The position numbers and the translations under genes were made by a program. Positions 54,347 through 63,717 of a stretch of DNA of 64,000 nt are shown here, in pieces. How positions within the stretch are numbered: position 1 is the stretch's first letter; every line of letters starts with the position of its first letter. Source of the stretch: an uncultured bacterium (lineage in GTDB: Bacteria > Oederibacteriota > Muellerivitia > Muellerivitales > Muellerivitaceae); contig CAZGKT010000009.1 in assembly GCA_964525605.1 (NCBI GenBank), forward strand, positions 5,815 to 69,814, given 5' to 3'. Under the pieces are notes generated by a model. It had not been told where the DNA came from. It saw only the letters and a list, made by a program, of their open reading frames with translations, and did no database searches.

Positions 54347-55687
54347 CTAGTTTAAAAAGGTTTTTAATTTTCGAATCGTCTCTTCCCACTTAGCGTCTTC
54401 ATTACGTCCCTGCCTTAAAAAGGTTTGGCAACTTTCCAGTCTTGCAAGAGCGTAATCCACTTTGGGATTACTGCCCTTGACATAAGCTCCAATCGCTATT
54501 AAATCTTCAACTCCCTTATAGGTTGATAGAACCGATCGAATTTTTCCGGCAGCCTCCAAGTGGTCAGGCGAAACGATATCCCCCATTACCCGAGAAACAC
54601 TATTGAGTACGTCAATGGCAGGATAATGGTTCTGAGAAGCTAATTCCCGCGAAAGAACGACATGCCCATCTAATATTGCCCGGCATGAATCCGCCACCGG
54701 CTCGTTCATGTCATCCGCCTCCACCAAAATGGTATAGAGCCCCGTGATACTACCATTATGGCTAGTCGTTCCCGCCCTTTCCAAAAGTTTCGGCAAGAGA
54801 GCAAAAACAGATGGCGTGTATCCTTTGGTGGTTGGTGGTTCACCAATTGCCAATCCTACTTCCCGTTGGGCCATTGCAAATCGGGTTATCGAATCCATCA
54901 TTAGCATAACTCTTTTGCCTTGATCTCGGAAATACTCGGCGACCGCAGTTGCTACCAAAGCAGCTTGAATTCGAAGTAACGAAGGCTGATCGGATGTGGC
55001 CACCACCACCACACTTCGGGACAAACCTTTATCACCCAAATCCCTTTCCAAGAAATCTCGAACTTCCCGTCCTCTTTCACCAACTAATGCAATTACATTT
55101 ATATCCGCTCCAGTATCCCTTGCCACCATTCCAAGAAGAGTACTTTTTCCAACACCCGATCCTGCAAATATTCCCAGTCGCTGTCCTTCTCCCAAAGTTA
55201 GAAGGGCATCCAACGCCCTTACTCCCGTAGCCACTGGAGCTTGAATTCTTCGTCGTTCCAAAGCAGGGGGCGGTTCTCGATGAATAGGGTAGTGCTCGTT
55301 CATAGTACCCAAAGGCCCCTTTCCATCTATCGGTTCACCCATGGCATCAATGACTCTTCCCAAAAGAGCTGTTCCCACGGGAATTTGAAACGGAGCCCCC
55401 GTTTTTAATACTTCACTGCCAGGACCTAATCCTCTCATTTCACCCAATGGCATAAGAAGCACCCGATTTTGACGAAATCCAACTGCCTCAGCCAAAACTG
55501 GCGACCCTTGTCGGTCAACCGGGGTAATCCAACACGCTTCTCCCACGGATGCCGCAGGACCGGAAGATTCAATGACAAGACCCACAACTTGTTCAACACG
55601 ACCGCTTACCCGAGTAATATCAACTTTTTGGATTTGGCTTTTCAATTGTTCCAAAGAAGGTAGAACATCGTTCAAAACTGGGTTCAA
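54347..55687 (-). CDS. fliI: Flagellar export ATPase FliI
   Basis: 'GQRLGIFAGSGVGKSTLLGM', 'GERGREVRDF', 'MDSITRFAMAQREVGLAIGEPP', 'ILDGHVVLSR'. Confidence 0.96.
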   Translation of the reverse strand: MNPVLNDVLPSLEQLKSQIQKVDITRVSGRVEQVVGLVIESSGPAASVGEACWITPVDRQGSPVLAEAVGFRQNRVLLMPLGEMRGLGPGSEVLKTGAPFQIPVGTALLGRVIDAMGEPIDGKGPLGTMNEHYPIHREPPPALERRRIQAPVATGVRALDALLTLGEGQRLGIFAGSGVGKSTLLGMVARDTGADINVIALVGERGREVRDFLERDLGDKGLSRSVVVVATSDQPSLLRIQAALVATAVAEYFRDQGKRVMLMMDSITRFAMAQREVGLAIGEPPTTKGYTPSVFALLPKLLERAGTTSHNGSITGLYTILVEADDMNEPVADSCRAILDGHVVLSRELASQNHYPAIDVLNSVSRVMGDIVSPDHLEAAGKIRSVLSTYKGVEDLIAIGAYVKGSNPKVDYALARLESCQTFLRQGRNEDAKWEETIRKLKTFLN

Positions 55688-55700
55688 AGTTTTATCTCCT

Positions 55701-56633
55701 TTATGGCTTTGGGGCTGTCAAACCTGCTCCCAGGGATTCCTTCACCTGAAAAGCAATTGTGCCTAATCGAGCATCTACCGAACCCGCCTCAGTTTCCAAA
55801 AGACATCCACCTTGCTCTATTCGTGCATCTGCGACCAATTCCAAAGGTCCTGACCCAACGGTCAACTGCAGTCTTTCACGATTTGCTTCAAATTCTTCCA
55901 AGTCACCAGGATTCACATGCAACCGCAAAAGAACCCGGTCATAAGCTTTTTTGATTAATTCTTCTGCAAAAGCCACAGCCATTCCTCTATTACTTTCGGC
56001 TTCCTTTCGAAGACAACGCAATAGCGCTTCCTGCAACAGTTCAGTCAACAGATTTTTCATATCCAATATAACATTCTTGCGATTTGCTAATAGGTTTTGA
56101 GCCATGCCATCCCATTTTCGCACAGAATCATCAAAAACCTTTAAGCCCTCTTCTTTACCTTGTTTTATCCCTTCTTGGCGCCCATCCAACAATCCTTCTG
56201 AATGGGCAGTAATTTTTGTTTCTTCTTTTAGAATCGTTGATTCTTTTTCCGCTTCGTCTCGAGCTTTAGCCAAAATTTCTTGAACTTCCCAATGAGCCTG
56301 CTCTGTAATTTCCAACGCCTTTTTTCTAGCTGTTTCCTTTATTTTTTGGGCTTCACCTTCCGCCAAGGTAAGAATTTGATCTTTTTTTTCCTCGTCTGTT
56401 GGTTCCCTTACTGTTTCAGTCAAATCTGAAGAGGTATGGGACTCCTCAAAACTTCCCAATTCAAAAGATTGAACTTGAACCGTTCCATTCCCCAAAGACC
56501 ACGGTTGAATTGGACTTTTTTTTAGTTCGGCTTCCAGCCGACGCAGAATTTCCTCTTGCCAAGTAGAGTTATCAACCATGTATCCACTTGGAGAGAACTG
56601 GTAATCCTGCTGGGCCAACACTTCTCTACTCAA
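55701..56633 (-). CDS. fliH: Flagellar assembly protein FliH
   Basis: AxxxG/GxxxG repeats 'EGLLDGRQEGIKQGKEEG', 'LHVNPGD', 'GGCLLETEAGSVDARL'. Confidence 0.9.
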   Translation of the reverse strand: MSREVLAQQDYQFSPSGYMVDNSTWQEEILRRLEAELKKSPIQPWSLGNGTVQVQSFELGSFEESHTSSDLTETVREPTDEEKKDQILTLAEGEAQKIKETARKKALEITEQAHWEVQEILAKARDEAEKESTILKEETKITAHSEGLLDGRQEGIKQGKEEGLKVFDDSVRKWDGMAQNLLANRKNVILDMKNLLTELLQEALLRCLRKEAESNRGMAVAFAEELIKKAYDRVLLRLHVNPGDLEEFEANRERLQLTVGSGPLELVADARIEQGGCLLETEAGSVDARLGTIAFQVKESLGAGLTAPKP

Positions 56634-56661
56634 TGAGGTTCTCCAGTGTTATCCCCTAAAT

Positions 56662-57681
56662 TTAAATCATCACTTCTTCTTCGCCGCCACGGGCAACCAC
56701 GATTTCACCCATTTCTTCTAATTGCCGTACGACATTGACAATCTTTTGTTGTGCTTCCTCCGCATGTTTTAGGCGCACGGGGCCCATCACTTCCATATCT
56801 TCAAGAATCATGGCCTTCGCGCGACTGGACATGTTTTTCAATAGGTGTTCTTTCACCTCTTCTTTTGCGCCTTTCAAAGCCAAAGCCAGATCCTTGGCAT
56901 CAACTTCTCGCAATACCTGTTGAATGGTACGATTGTCCAAGTTAATCAGATCGTCAAACACGAACATGAGACGTTTGACCTCTTCAGCCAATTCAGGGTT
57001 AGATTCTTCCAATTTCTCCATAATGGCTTTTTCGGTTGATCTGTCGGCTCGGTTGAGCACCTCCGCCAATGCCCGAACTCCTCCAGCAGCAGTAAATTCT
57101 TGAGTAAAAATGGATGAAATTCGTCTTTCTAAAACCCTTTCAATTTCCATCACGACATCTGGAGCAGCACGATCTAAAACGGCTATTCGCGTAGCCACAT
57201 CAACTTGAACATCCGCAGGTAAAGCTCCCAAGATAGTGGCCGAATGCTCAGGAGTTAGGTGAGCTAAAATTAAAGCTATAGTTTGGGGATGCTCAGATTG
57301 GATGAAATTCAGTAATTGTTGGGGATCCGTCCTTTTTATGTAATCAAAAGGAGTCATCTGCAGGGAACCCTGCAAACGGTTTATGATCTCCATGGCTTTG
57401 TTAGCCCCTAATGCCTTTTCGAGAATCTCGTGTGCATACTCCACGCCACCCTGAGAAATATATTCCTGGGCCGCGGCAATATTCAAAACCTCCTGCATCA
57501 CCGAGTCTTTTTCTTCGGGGGTGATCTTTCGAAGATTGGCGATTTGCAGAGTTACCTGCTCAACCGTTTCTTCTTTTAAATGTTGATAAACTTTGGCGGC
57601 CAACTCCGGCCCCAAAGAAATCAACAGGGCTGCAGCTTTTTGCTCGCCCGACAAGACCATTTTTTTCTTGGTTTCTGCCAT
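56662..57681 (-). CDS. fliG: C-ring torque protein FliG
   Basis: 'GEQKAAALLISLG', 'EHPQTIALILAHL', 'MFVFDDL', 'EAQQKIVNVVRQLEEMGEI'. Confidence 0.96.
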   Translation of the reverse strand: MAETKKKMVLSGEQKAAALLISLGPELAAKVYQHLKEETVEQVTLQIANLRKITPEEKDSVMQEVLNIAAAQEYISQGGVEYAHEILEKALGANKAMEIINRLQGSLQMTPFDYIKRTDPQQLLNFIQSEHPQTIALILAHLTPEHSATILGALPADVQVDVATRIAVLDRAAPDVVMEIERVLERRISSIFTQEFTAAGGVRALAEVLNRADRSTEKAIMEKLEESNPELAEEVKRLMFVFDDLINLDNRTIQQVLREVDAKDLALALKGAKEEVKEHLLKNMSSRAKAMILEDMEVMGPVRLKHAEEAQQKIVNVVRQLEEMGEIVVARGGEEEVMI

Positions 57682-57686
57682 GAATC

Positions 57687-59339
57687 CTACTCCTCAGAAA
57701 GCCATTTCTTAATTATTTGGGCGACATTTTCCGGATTGCGATTTGCCATTTCGAAAACTTCTTTTCGAACCGCTTCACGTTTCTTGGCTTCACGAGCGGA
57801 TTCAGCCCTAGCCAAGTCTTCTGCGGTTACGTCCGTCGTAATGATATCTTCCACCTGCGGTACCACAACCGGCTCTTCCCCTAAATCGTCTAAGGCCTCA
57901 ACATATTTCTTTTCGCGTTTAGGCTTCAATAACGATCTGAGGAAAAGGAGGACTCCAAAAGCCATTAGTACCAACAAGCCGACTTTCAAAAGCGTCATGA
58001 CGAAGTTTTGCTGAGTTTCCATCTGCGTCTCCTTCAAGTTGGCCACTTCCTGGGAGTTGTCGAACGGCATGTTTTCAACATCAACTTGGTCACCGCGATT
58101 TAAATCTAAACCCGCAGCTGCCACTACCGCCGACTTGATGGCCAACACTTGCTGAGGCTGAAGATTATCCACAAACACGCCGATCGAGATGCGCTTTGGC
58201 GATCCGGGGGCCATGACGTTATGTTTGACTGTACGATTAATTTCAAAATTTGTTGTGTTTTCTTCTTTTGAATATTGTGCGTTAGAACCGGAGATCGCTT
58301 GATAGCCCGGAATATTAGTGTCGGTTCCAGGCACACCGCCTACGACATTAGAAGGGAACCCCCCATCGCCAACGTATTGTTCTTTTTTTGATTGCGTGGA
58401 GCGTGCAATTCCTTGACCGTCCACAACTGGTTCAAACACCTCCGAATCAGCTTCAGTTTTGTCAAAATTAAGTTCCGCGGAGACAGAAACCGCAATGCGA
58501 TTGTTCCCACCCATAACCTTCGTCAACATCGCCGTAACTTTTCGTTCTAAATCCTTCTCAAAATTTTGTCGAACTTCCATTTCATGTAAGGTTAATTTCG
58601 CTTGTTGGGTTAGACTACTTCCACCACTCACCGTTTCTTGGTTGTTGTCTTCCGCCTCCTCCTGTATGAACCCCGAAAGAATATTTCCCTTGCTATCAAT
58701 GACTTCGACGTTCTCTGGTTTTAAACCCTCGACACTTGCGGCCACTAGATGGACAATTCCCCGAACTTGTTCTCGTTTGAGAATCGCATCCTGTTTCATT
58801 TCTAACACTACCGAAGCAGTCGTTGGTTTTTCTTGCTCAGTAAATAATTCCGGCTCAGGTATAACAATACTTACACGTGCGGTTTGAATTTGTTGGAGGT
58901 TGCCAATCGTTCTTTGAAGTTCCCCCTCCAAAGCCCTTTTATAGTTAACCTTTTGCGTAAAATCAGTCGTTCCCCACTTGGGCTGGTCAAAAATTTCATA
59001 ACCGACACCGTTGCCCCGCGGAAGCCCTTGTCCAGCCAAGTTCAATCGGGTGTCATAAACTTTTTCCGACGGAACCAACACCAATACAAAATTGTCTTTG
59101 GAAGCGATGCGATAGGGAATATTTTCTTTTTTTAGCTCTGCCGTAACCTCTGCAGCATCCTTTTCTTCCAAATGCGAATAGAGAACTTCATAATGCGCCT
59201 TGGAGGAAAGAAGGATAAATGCCAACATACCCGCGAACAAAAGGGTTGGTATTCCAACCAATAAGCCTTTCTGCCAGGGATTTAACCGTCCCCATACTTC
59301 TTTAAATTGTTGAACGAGTTTTTGAATGAAGTTGTCCAA
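57687..59339 (-). CDS. fliF: MS-ring protein FliF
   Basis: 'GVGYEIFDQPKWGTTDF..NYKRALEGELQRTI', 'ARVSIVIPE..LF', 'PTASVVL'; two TMs. Confidence 0.95.
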   Translation of the reverse strand: MDNFIQKLVQQFKEVWGRLNPWQKGLLVGIPTLLFAGMLAFILLSSKAHYEVLYSHLEEKDAAEVTAELKKENIPYRIASKDNFVLVLVPSEKVYDTRLNLAGQGLPRGNGVGYEIFDQPKWGTTDFTQKVNYKRALEGELQRTIGNLQQIQTARVSIVIPEPELFTEQEKPTTASVVLEMKQDAILKREQVRGIVHLVAASVEGLKPENVEVIDSKGNILSGFIQEEAEDNNQETVSGGSSLTQQAKLTLHEMEVRQNFEKDLERKVTAMLTKVMGGNNRIAVSVSAELNFDKTEADSEVFEPVVDGQGIARSTQSKKEQYVGDGGFPSNVVGGVPGTDTNIPGYQAISGSNAQYSKEENTTNFEINRTVKHNVMAPGSPKRISIGVFVDNLQPQQVLAIKSAVVAAAGLDLNRGDQVDVENMPFDNSQEVANLKETQMETQQNFVMTLLKVGLLVLMAFGVLLFLRSLLKPKREKKYVEALDDLGEEPVVVPQVEDIITTDVTAEDLARAESAREAKKREAVRKEVFEMANRNPENVAQIIKKWLSEE

Positions 59340-59404
59340 GTTTTCCTCGTCTTTTTATGTGCCCAAATTCAATGAGCGACCAACAAACCACCAAACTTTT
59401 TTTA

Positions 59405-59731
59405 TTAGATCTGCATTTGAATGACGGATTGATAGGCTTCCAAAACTTTATTACGGATTTGAATCGCATACTGCAATGTCATGCTAGCTTTTTCCATAGA
59501 AATAATAACATCGTGGAGATTATCTTCCCCGCCAGTTGCAAGGCTTTTAATAGAGTCATTTGCGCCAACTTGGCTCGCATTCAAGTCAGTTAAAGCTTTT
59601 TTCAAAAGGTCCTTAAAATTAGAGGGAGAAACTTCCGCAGTACTTTGTGCCATTTCCGTAGTGAGATTCGCAATAGGTTGAATTAACCCTTGGGTCAATG
59701 AGATAGGCATTTGAATGGCTTGAATTTCCAT
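59405..59731 (-). CDS. fliE: Hook-basal body protein FliE
   Basis: 'LHDVIISMEKASMTLQYAIQIRNKVLEAYQSVIQMQI'. Confidence 0.93.
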   Translation of the reverse strand: MEIQAIQMPISLTQGLIQPIANLTTEMAQSTAEVSPSNFKDLLKKALTDLNASQVGANDSIKSLATGGEDNLHDVIISMEKASMTLQYAIQIRNKVLEAYQSVIQMQI

Positions 59732-59787
59732 AGGTTTGGAAAACTCCCTTAAAAACGATTTGCGTCACGGACAACCTTGTTCAAAAC

Positions 59788-60246
59788 CTAGGATTTACCA
59801 ATGCTCAATGCCGATAATGCCATTGATTTAGTAGCATTAAATGCTGTGATATTAGCTTCGTAGGCCCTGCTAGCTGAAATCATGTCTACCATCTCATTAA
59901 CAACGTTGACGTTGGGATAGGAAACATATCCCTCAGCATTTGCATCTGGATGCCCTGGGTCAAAGACCATTTTGGGCGGAGAGGGATCTTTTTGTATCCC
60001 GGCAACCCTTACACCTACAGGTAAGCCTTCACTAGTCATAGTAGCCATCAGTGGGGCAAATCCGGGCGCTGGGTCAAATCGAGGGGAAAACACAACTCGT
60101 TCTCGAATGTAAGGGCCACCTTGCAAAGTGCGCGTGGTATTGGCATTGGCAATATTATTTGAAATAACATCCATCCGTAGACGTTCTGCCGTTAATGCCG
60201 AAGCACTAATTGCGAAAGGTGCAAAAACTCCTGAAAGAGCACCCAT
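59788..60246 (-). CDS. flgC: Proximal rod protein FlgC
   Basis: 'ISASALTAERLRMDVISNNIANANTTR', 'DPGHPDANAEGYVSYPNVNVVNEMVDMISASRAYEAN'. Confidence 0.96.
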   Translation of the reverse strand: MGALSGVFAPFAISASALTAERLRMDVISNNIANANTTRTLQGGPYIRERVVFSPRFDPAPGFAPLMATMTSEGLPVGVRVAGIQKDPSPPKMVFDPGHPDANAEGYVSYPNVNVVNEMVDMISASRAYEANITAFNATKSMALSALSIGKS

Positions 60247-60248
60247 GA

Positions 60249-60671
60249 TTATTGTCTCCCTTCACTGATAGCGTGTCTTAAATCGGCAATATATCGACCG
60301 GTCACATCGGTCAAACTGTTGTAAAGAAGGTTGTTTTCAGCTAAAAGTCCAGACTCCATTTCAAGATCCACGTTATTTCCATCGTTCCGTCCAATTGTGT
60401 CGGAGATATTCTTTACATCCGGCTGGAAGTCTTTTAACGAAATCGATGAAGAAAGTGGAAAATGCATCGGATGGGTCCTCCACAAAGGAGAATTTTGGTT
60501 TTGATCCAACGCGAGCTTTAGCTTGTCCTGAAATGAAACAACCGAGCGTTTGAAGTTTGGGGTGTCAATATTTGCCAAATTGTTGGAAATAATTTGATGT
60601 TGAACGGAAAGCGAATCCAGGCTTTTTTGAAGAATCATAAGCGGATCTGGGAAACTGACTGGATTAATCAC
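60249..60671 (-). CDS. flgB: Proximal rod protein FlgB
   Basis: 'QHQIISNNLANIDTPNFKRSVVSF', 'RNDGNNVDLEME'. Confidence 0.94.
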   Translation of the reverse strand: MINPVSFPDPLMILQKSLDSLSVQHQIISNNLANIDTPNFKRSVVSFQDKLKLALDQNQNSPLWRTHPMHFPLSSSISLKDFQPDVKNISDTIGRNDGNNVDLEMESGLLAENNLLYNSLTDVTGRYIADLRHAISEGRQ

Positions 60672-60792
60672 GCTTTCTCCTCGCCTTTTTCATCGGAATC
60701 TTAACAGAAAGGCTTTTTACAAAACAGAAATCCCTAAACTACATTTACAAATAGAGTCGTCTGAATTTCGTCATCGGCGAAAAATTAATGCC

Positions 60793-60820
60793 ATTATGAC
60801 AAAGGATTTATCACTGTCAA
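60793..60820 (-). promoter_or_regulatory. sigma70-type promoter of the flgB operon
   Basis: TTGACA-N16-CATAAT with extended -10 TGn, ~120 nt upstream of flgB. Confidence 0.55.
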
Positions 60821-60846
60821 GAAAGAATCAGTTTAAAACCCTTCAT

Positions 60847-61088
60847 TTACCACGTTTTTCCTTCCTCAAAAAACTTCTCTTGCGAAGTAGTTAAAAAATT
60901 TTCTTGACCCGTCCCTGTGGAGCTAAAAGCTTTACATTCACTACCCCGCCGTTTTTTTCCAAGGTCAAAAGAGCTTTAATCCACCATAAGTTGATTCCTT
61001 TATCGGAAAAGTTCGCAATTTTACGACACAAGACCAAGATCATTCTCGCTATAAACTCTTGCCCAATCGGAACCCAGCCTTGATATCT
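60847..61088 (-). pseudogene. Possible frameshifted STAS (anti-sigma antagonist)-like remnant
   Basis: Open frame '...LTLEKNGGVVNVKLLAPQGRVKKIF*'; one extra T in the T6 run would continue it as 'LTTSQEKFFEEGKTW*', resembling the STAS C-terminus. N-terminal match is poor. Confidence 0.25.
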
Positions 61089-61348
61089 TCAATAAACTCA
61101 ATTTTTCTCAATGGGGTAGGGTTTGTTCGTGAACTTTAAGTTTGTTGGCAATTTCACGGATGGACAGGATCATTCCGAAACCCTGAAGGGTTTATAATTA
61201 TCTGCTTATCCCGTTGATAGCCACATTTTAAATAGTCGTGCAATCCAACCAAGAGAAAAACCAAAAAGTGTATAAATTATTATATTTTTATTTCAGAACC
61301 TACATATTTTAGTGGGAAGGGATTTATCCCTACTAGATCTGGGGTTCG

Positions 61349-63499
61349 CTAAATCGCAGTGGAAATTACAGGTTTAAATTTTTTAACACAATTGCGCCCA
61401 CTTTTTTTAGCGTCATATAACGCTTGATCAGAACATTGTATTAGTAGCTTTTTTTCAATCGCGTCGAACGGAAAACTAGAAACCCCTAGCGAAATGGTAA
61501 CGCGATATATCTTTTTCCCTTCATACTCGAATAACTGGTTTTCGACGTTTTTCCGGATACGTTCGCCTAAATCATATGCAGCATTCCCATCAGTCTCTGG
61601 AAGGATCATTGCAAATTCCTCTCCACCATAACGGGCAACGGTATCCGCTTTTGCCCGAACTGTTTCTTGTAATATTCTGCTGACGCCCATCAGCACCTTA
61701 TCCCCTTCCTGATGGCCGTACATATCATTGAACTTTTTGAAATGGTCAACATCTGTCAAAATCAGACTCAAATCCTTTTTATAACGGTCCGCTTTGACCA
61801 TTTCTTCAGAAAGTTTTTCTTGAAAATACCTGTGGTTATAAAGCCCCGTCAAGCCATCTCGAACCGCCAGGTTTTTGATTTGTTGAACGATATTTACTTT
61901 GTCTAATACCAATGCGGTTTGGTTTGTGAGAGTCTCCAGTACGTCTTGTTCGAATTCACTGTAAGCTCTTGGCTTTTGACTGTTCAACCTTAAAACTCCG
62001 AGCAATCTTCCTTCCACCATAATAGGAAGCATAAGAAACGATTGGATCGATCCAAGTATCCCCTCCTGCCGTTCAAATGATGGAAACCATTTTTCCTTTT
62101 GTCCCCGGGTATAGCGGATTGGTTTTTTGTTTTGGCACATCCAATCAGCTAATTCCCCCTCGAATCCCACGGGTTTCAAACCACCACGAGCGGGAGCCAA
62201 GAAGCTTTCAATTTTGAAATTCGACGTTTCCCCTTCGCGAAGAGCGATGTAAGCCATATCACATGGAGCGATTTCTGCGGCCTTTTTGACAGCAGCTTCC
62301 AAAGTGGGTTCAAGATCAACCGATGTTGAAAATATTCGCGAAATCTCATAAAGAGCATGAAGATTACTTGTCTTTGTCTTAGAAAAATGGAGGATTCGGT
62401 GATTTTGCACCATGTCCGCCAACAACCGGCTTAAAAGTTCTATTGATCGCAACCGCTCTTCATTAAAGTAATTGGGTTCAGGAAAATCCAAAACAAGCAC
62501 TCCTATCAATTCCCCCTCCCCGATAATTTTGGTTAATTCCGGATCGGATTTTAATAAAAGAGGTAAGGACAAAAAGGATCCAACAGATTGAGGTTTAAGG
62601 TAATAAGGCAACGCTTTAGCACTATCCGTTGGCATTTGGTTTAACAGTACTTTTCGTTTTTCTTTAGCCGCCAATCCCACTAATGTTTCACCTGGAATCA
62701 AGGTTAGATCGGACGCCAAATCTCCTGTTGCGCTCGAAAACGCGCGCAAACGAAGGATTTCCCTATCCTCTATCGATGTTAAAAGAAAACAAGCGGCGGT
62801 TTGAATCCCACTTATCGTACGGAAAAGAGAAAGCAGGTGTGTCAATGATTCTTCTAATTCCATGACTGAACCCGCCCGGGCACTAAAGCGATTCTCCTCC
62901 ACGAGCGAATGACTGGAGGAAGTCTCAAAAACCCTTGGCTCGGAAGATGCGGCAAGTCGGGCCGCCTCATTTTTCAAAGCTACAAGTCTTTGATCGAGTC
63001 TTTCCTTATCCCGGCGTATTTGAACAACTTTTGCCAAAAAAAATGCGGTAATAAACAAGGAAAGCCATCTCAAATAAACAGATGTATATTCATCAGAAAT
63101 TGAACGGCGGAGGGAAATGGCTTCGCAAAGGCAAACACTAAAAGCAACAGCAAAAGCATAAAACCCCTTACCTTCCCAAGCAACTATACCCATCAATAAG
63201 AAAATGGAGAAAAGGAGAGGTGATTGCACGCCACCGGTGGATTGAGTCAACAACACTAATAAAAGAGTGGCGCCAAAAATCCAAAGAAATGGATGAGATT
63301 GATTTTCGCCGATAAGTCTCAAGCGTAATAAAAAGAAAAGGCATATAAAAGGCAAAACCCAAGCTAAAACCAACCAAAAAGAAAAGCCATCGTTCAGGGG
63401 TCTGACACATACACCACTTGCCGCAACCAGAAACGCTGCGGCAAGAGTTATATAACTAACTCCCACAAATAGACTAAAATTTTTAGGTTTTTGAACCAA
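61349..63499 (-). CDS. Membrane-bound sensor diguanylate cyclase (TMs + 2 GAF + GGDEF)
   Basis: N-terminal TM bundle, two GAF-like domains, 'RDGLTGLYNHRYFQE', 'DVDHFKKFNDMYGHQEGD', 'ARYGGEEF', 'ADQALY'-like 'SDQALYDAKKSGRN'. Confidence 0.92.
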   Translation of the reverse strand: MVQKPKNFSLFVGVSYITLAAAFLVAASGVCVRPLNDGFSFWLVLAWVLPFICLFFLLRLRLIGENQSHPFLWIFGATLLLVLLTQSTGGVQSPLLFSIFLLMGIVAWEGKGFYAFAVAFSVCLCEAISLRRSISDEYTSVYLRWLSLFITAFFLAKVVQIRRDKERLDQRLVALKNEAARLAASSEPRVFETSSSHSLVEENRFSARAGSVMELEESLTHLLSLFRTISGIQTAACFLLTSIEDREILRLRAFSSATGDLASDLTLIPGETLVGLAAKEKRKVLLNQMPTDSAKALPYYLKPQSVGSFLSLPLLLKSDPELTKIIGEGELIGVLVLDFPEPNYFNEERLRSIELLSRLLADMVQNHRILHFSKTKTSNLHALYEISRIFSTSVDLEPTLEAAVKKAAEIAPCDMAYIALREGETSNFKIESFLAPARGGLKPVGFEGELADWMCQNKKPIRYTRGQKEKWFPSFERQEGILGSIQSFLMLPIMVEGRLLGVLRLNSQKPRAYSEFEQDVLETLTNQTALVLDKVNIVQQIKNLAVRDGLTGLYNHRYFQEKLSEEMVKADRYKKDLSLILTDVDHFKKFNDMYGHQEGDKVLMGVSRILQETVRAKADTVARYGGEEFAMILPETDGNAAYDLGERIRKNVENQLFEYEGKKIYRVTISLGVSSFPFDAIEKKLLIQCSDQALYDAKKSGRNCVKKFKPVISTAI

Positions 63500-63510
63500 G
63501 CAGGAAAAGT

Positions 63511-63615
63511 TTAAAGTCTGCCTTGCCGGCGCAGCAAAGCCCGCATCTTGCGGCGATGCTTTTTACGTTTATGTGTCTTAATTTTGGCACGGTGCCGTTT
63601 CTTACCACAAGGCAT
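63511..63615 (-). CDS. Small basic protein, AURKAIP1/COX24 (mS38)/bS22-like ribosomal protein, 34 aa
   Basis: GGAGG SD, then MPCGKKRHRAKIKTHKRKKHRRKMRALLRRQGRL*; matches the 'MP.GKKR.R.K..THKRKK..R' pattern. Below the ORF-track cutoff. Confidence 0.8.
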   Translation of the reverse strand: MPCGKKRHRAKIKTHKRKKHRRKMRALLRRQGRL

Positions 63616-63717
63616 TCCTAATCCTCCGAATCAAATTGGTAAAAGGCCCGGGGGCCATTTTTTTGCGCCACAGTTTAACAGGAATCCAAGCTTAAAAAGC
63701 AAAAATGTTTGGAAAGA

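Noticed and set aside
60672-61348. c-di-GMP riboswitch or oriC/DnaA-box cluster upstream of flgB
   Set aside because: No GEMM consensus on either strand. DnaA-box-like 9-mers around 61200-61230 have 2-3 mismatches, and there is no dnaA context.
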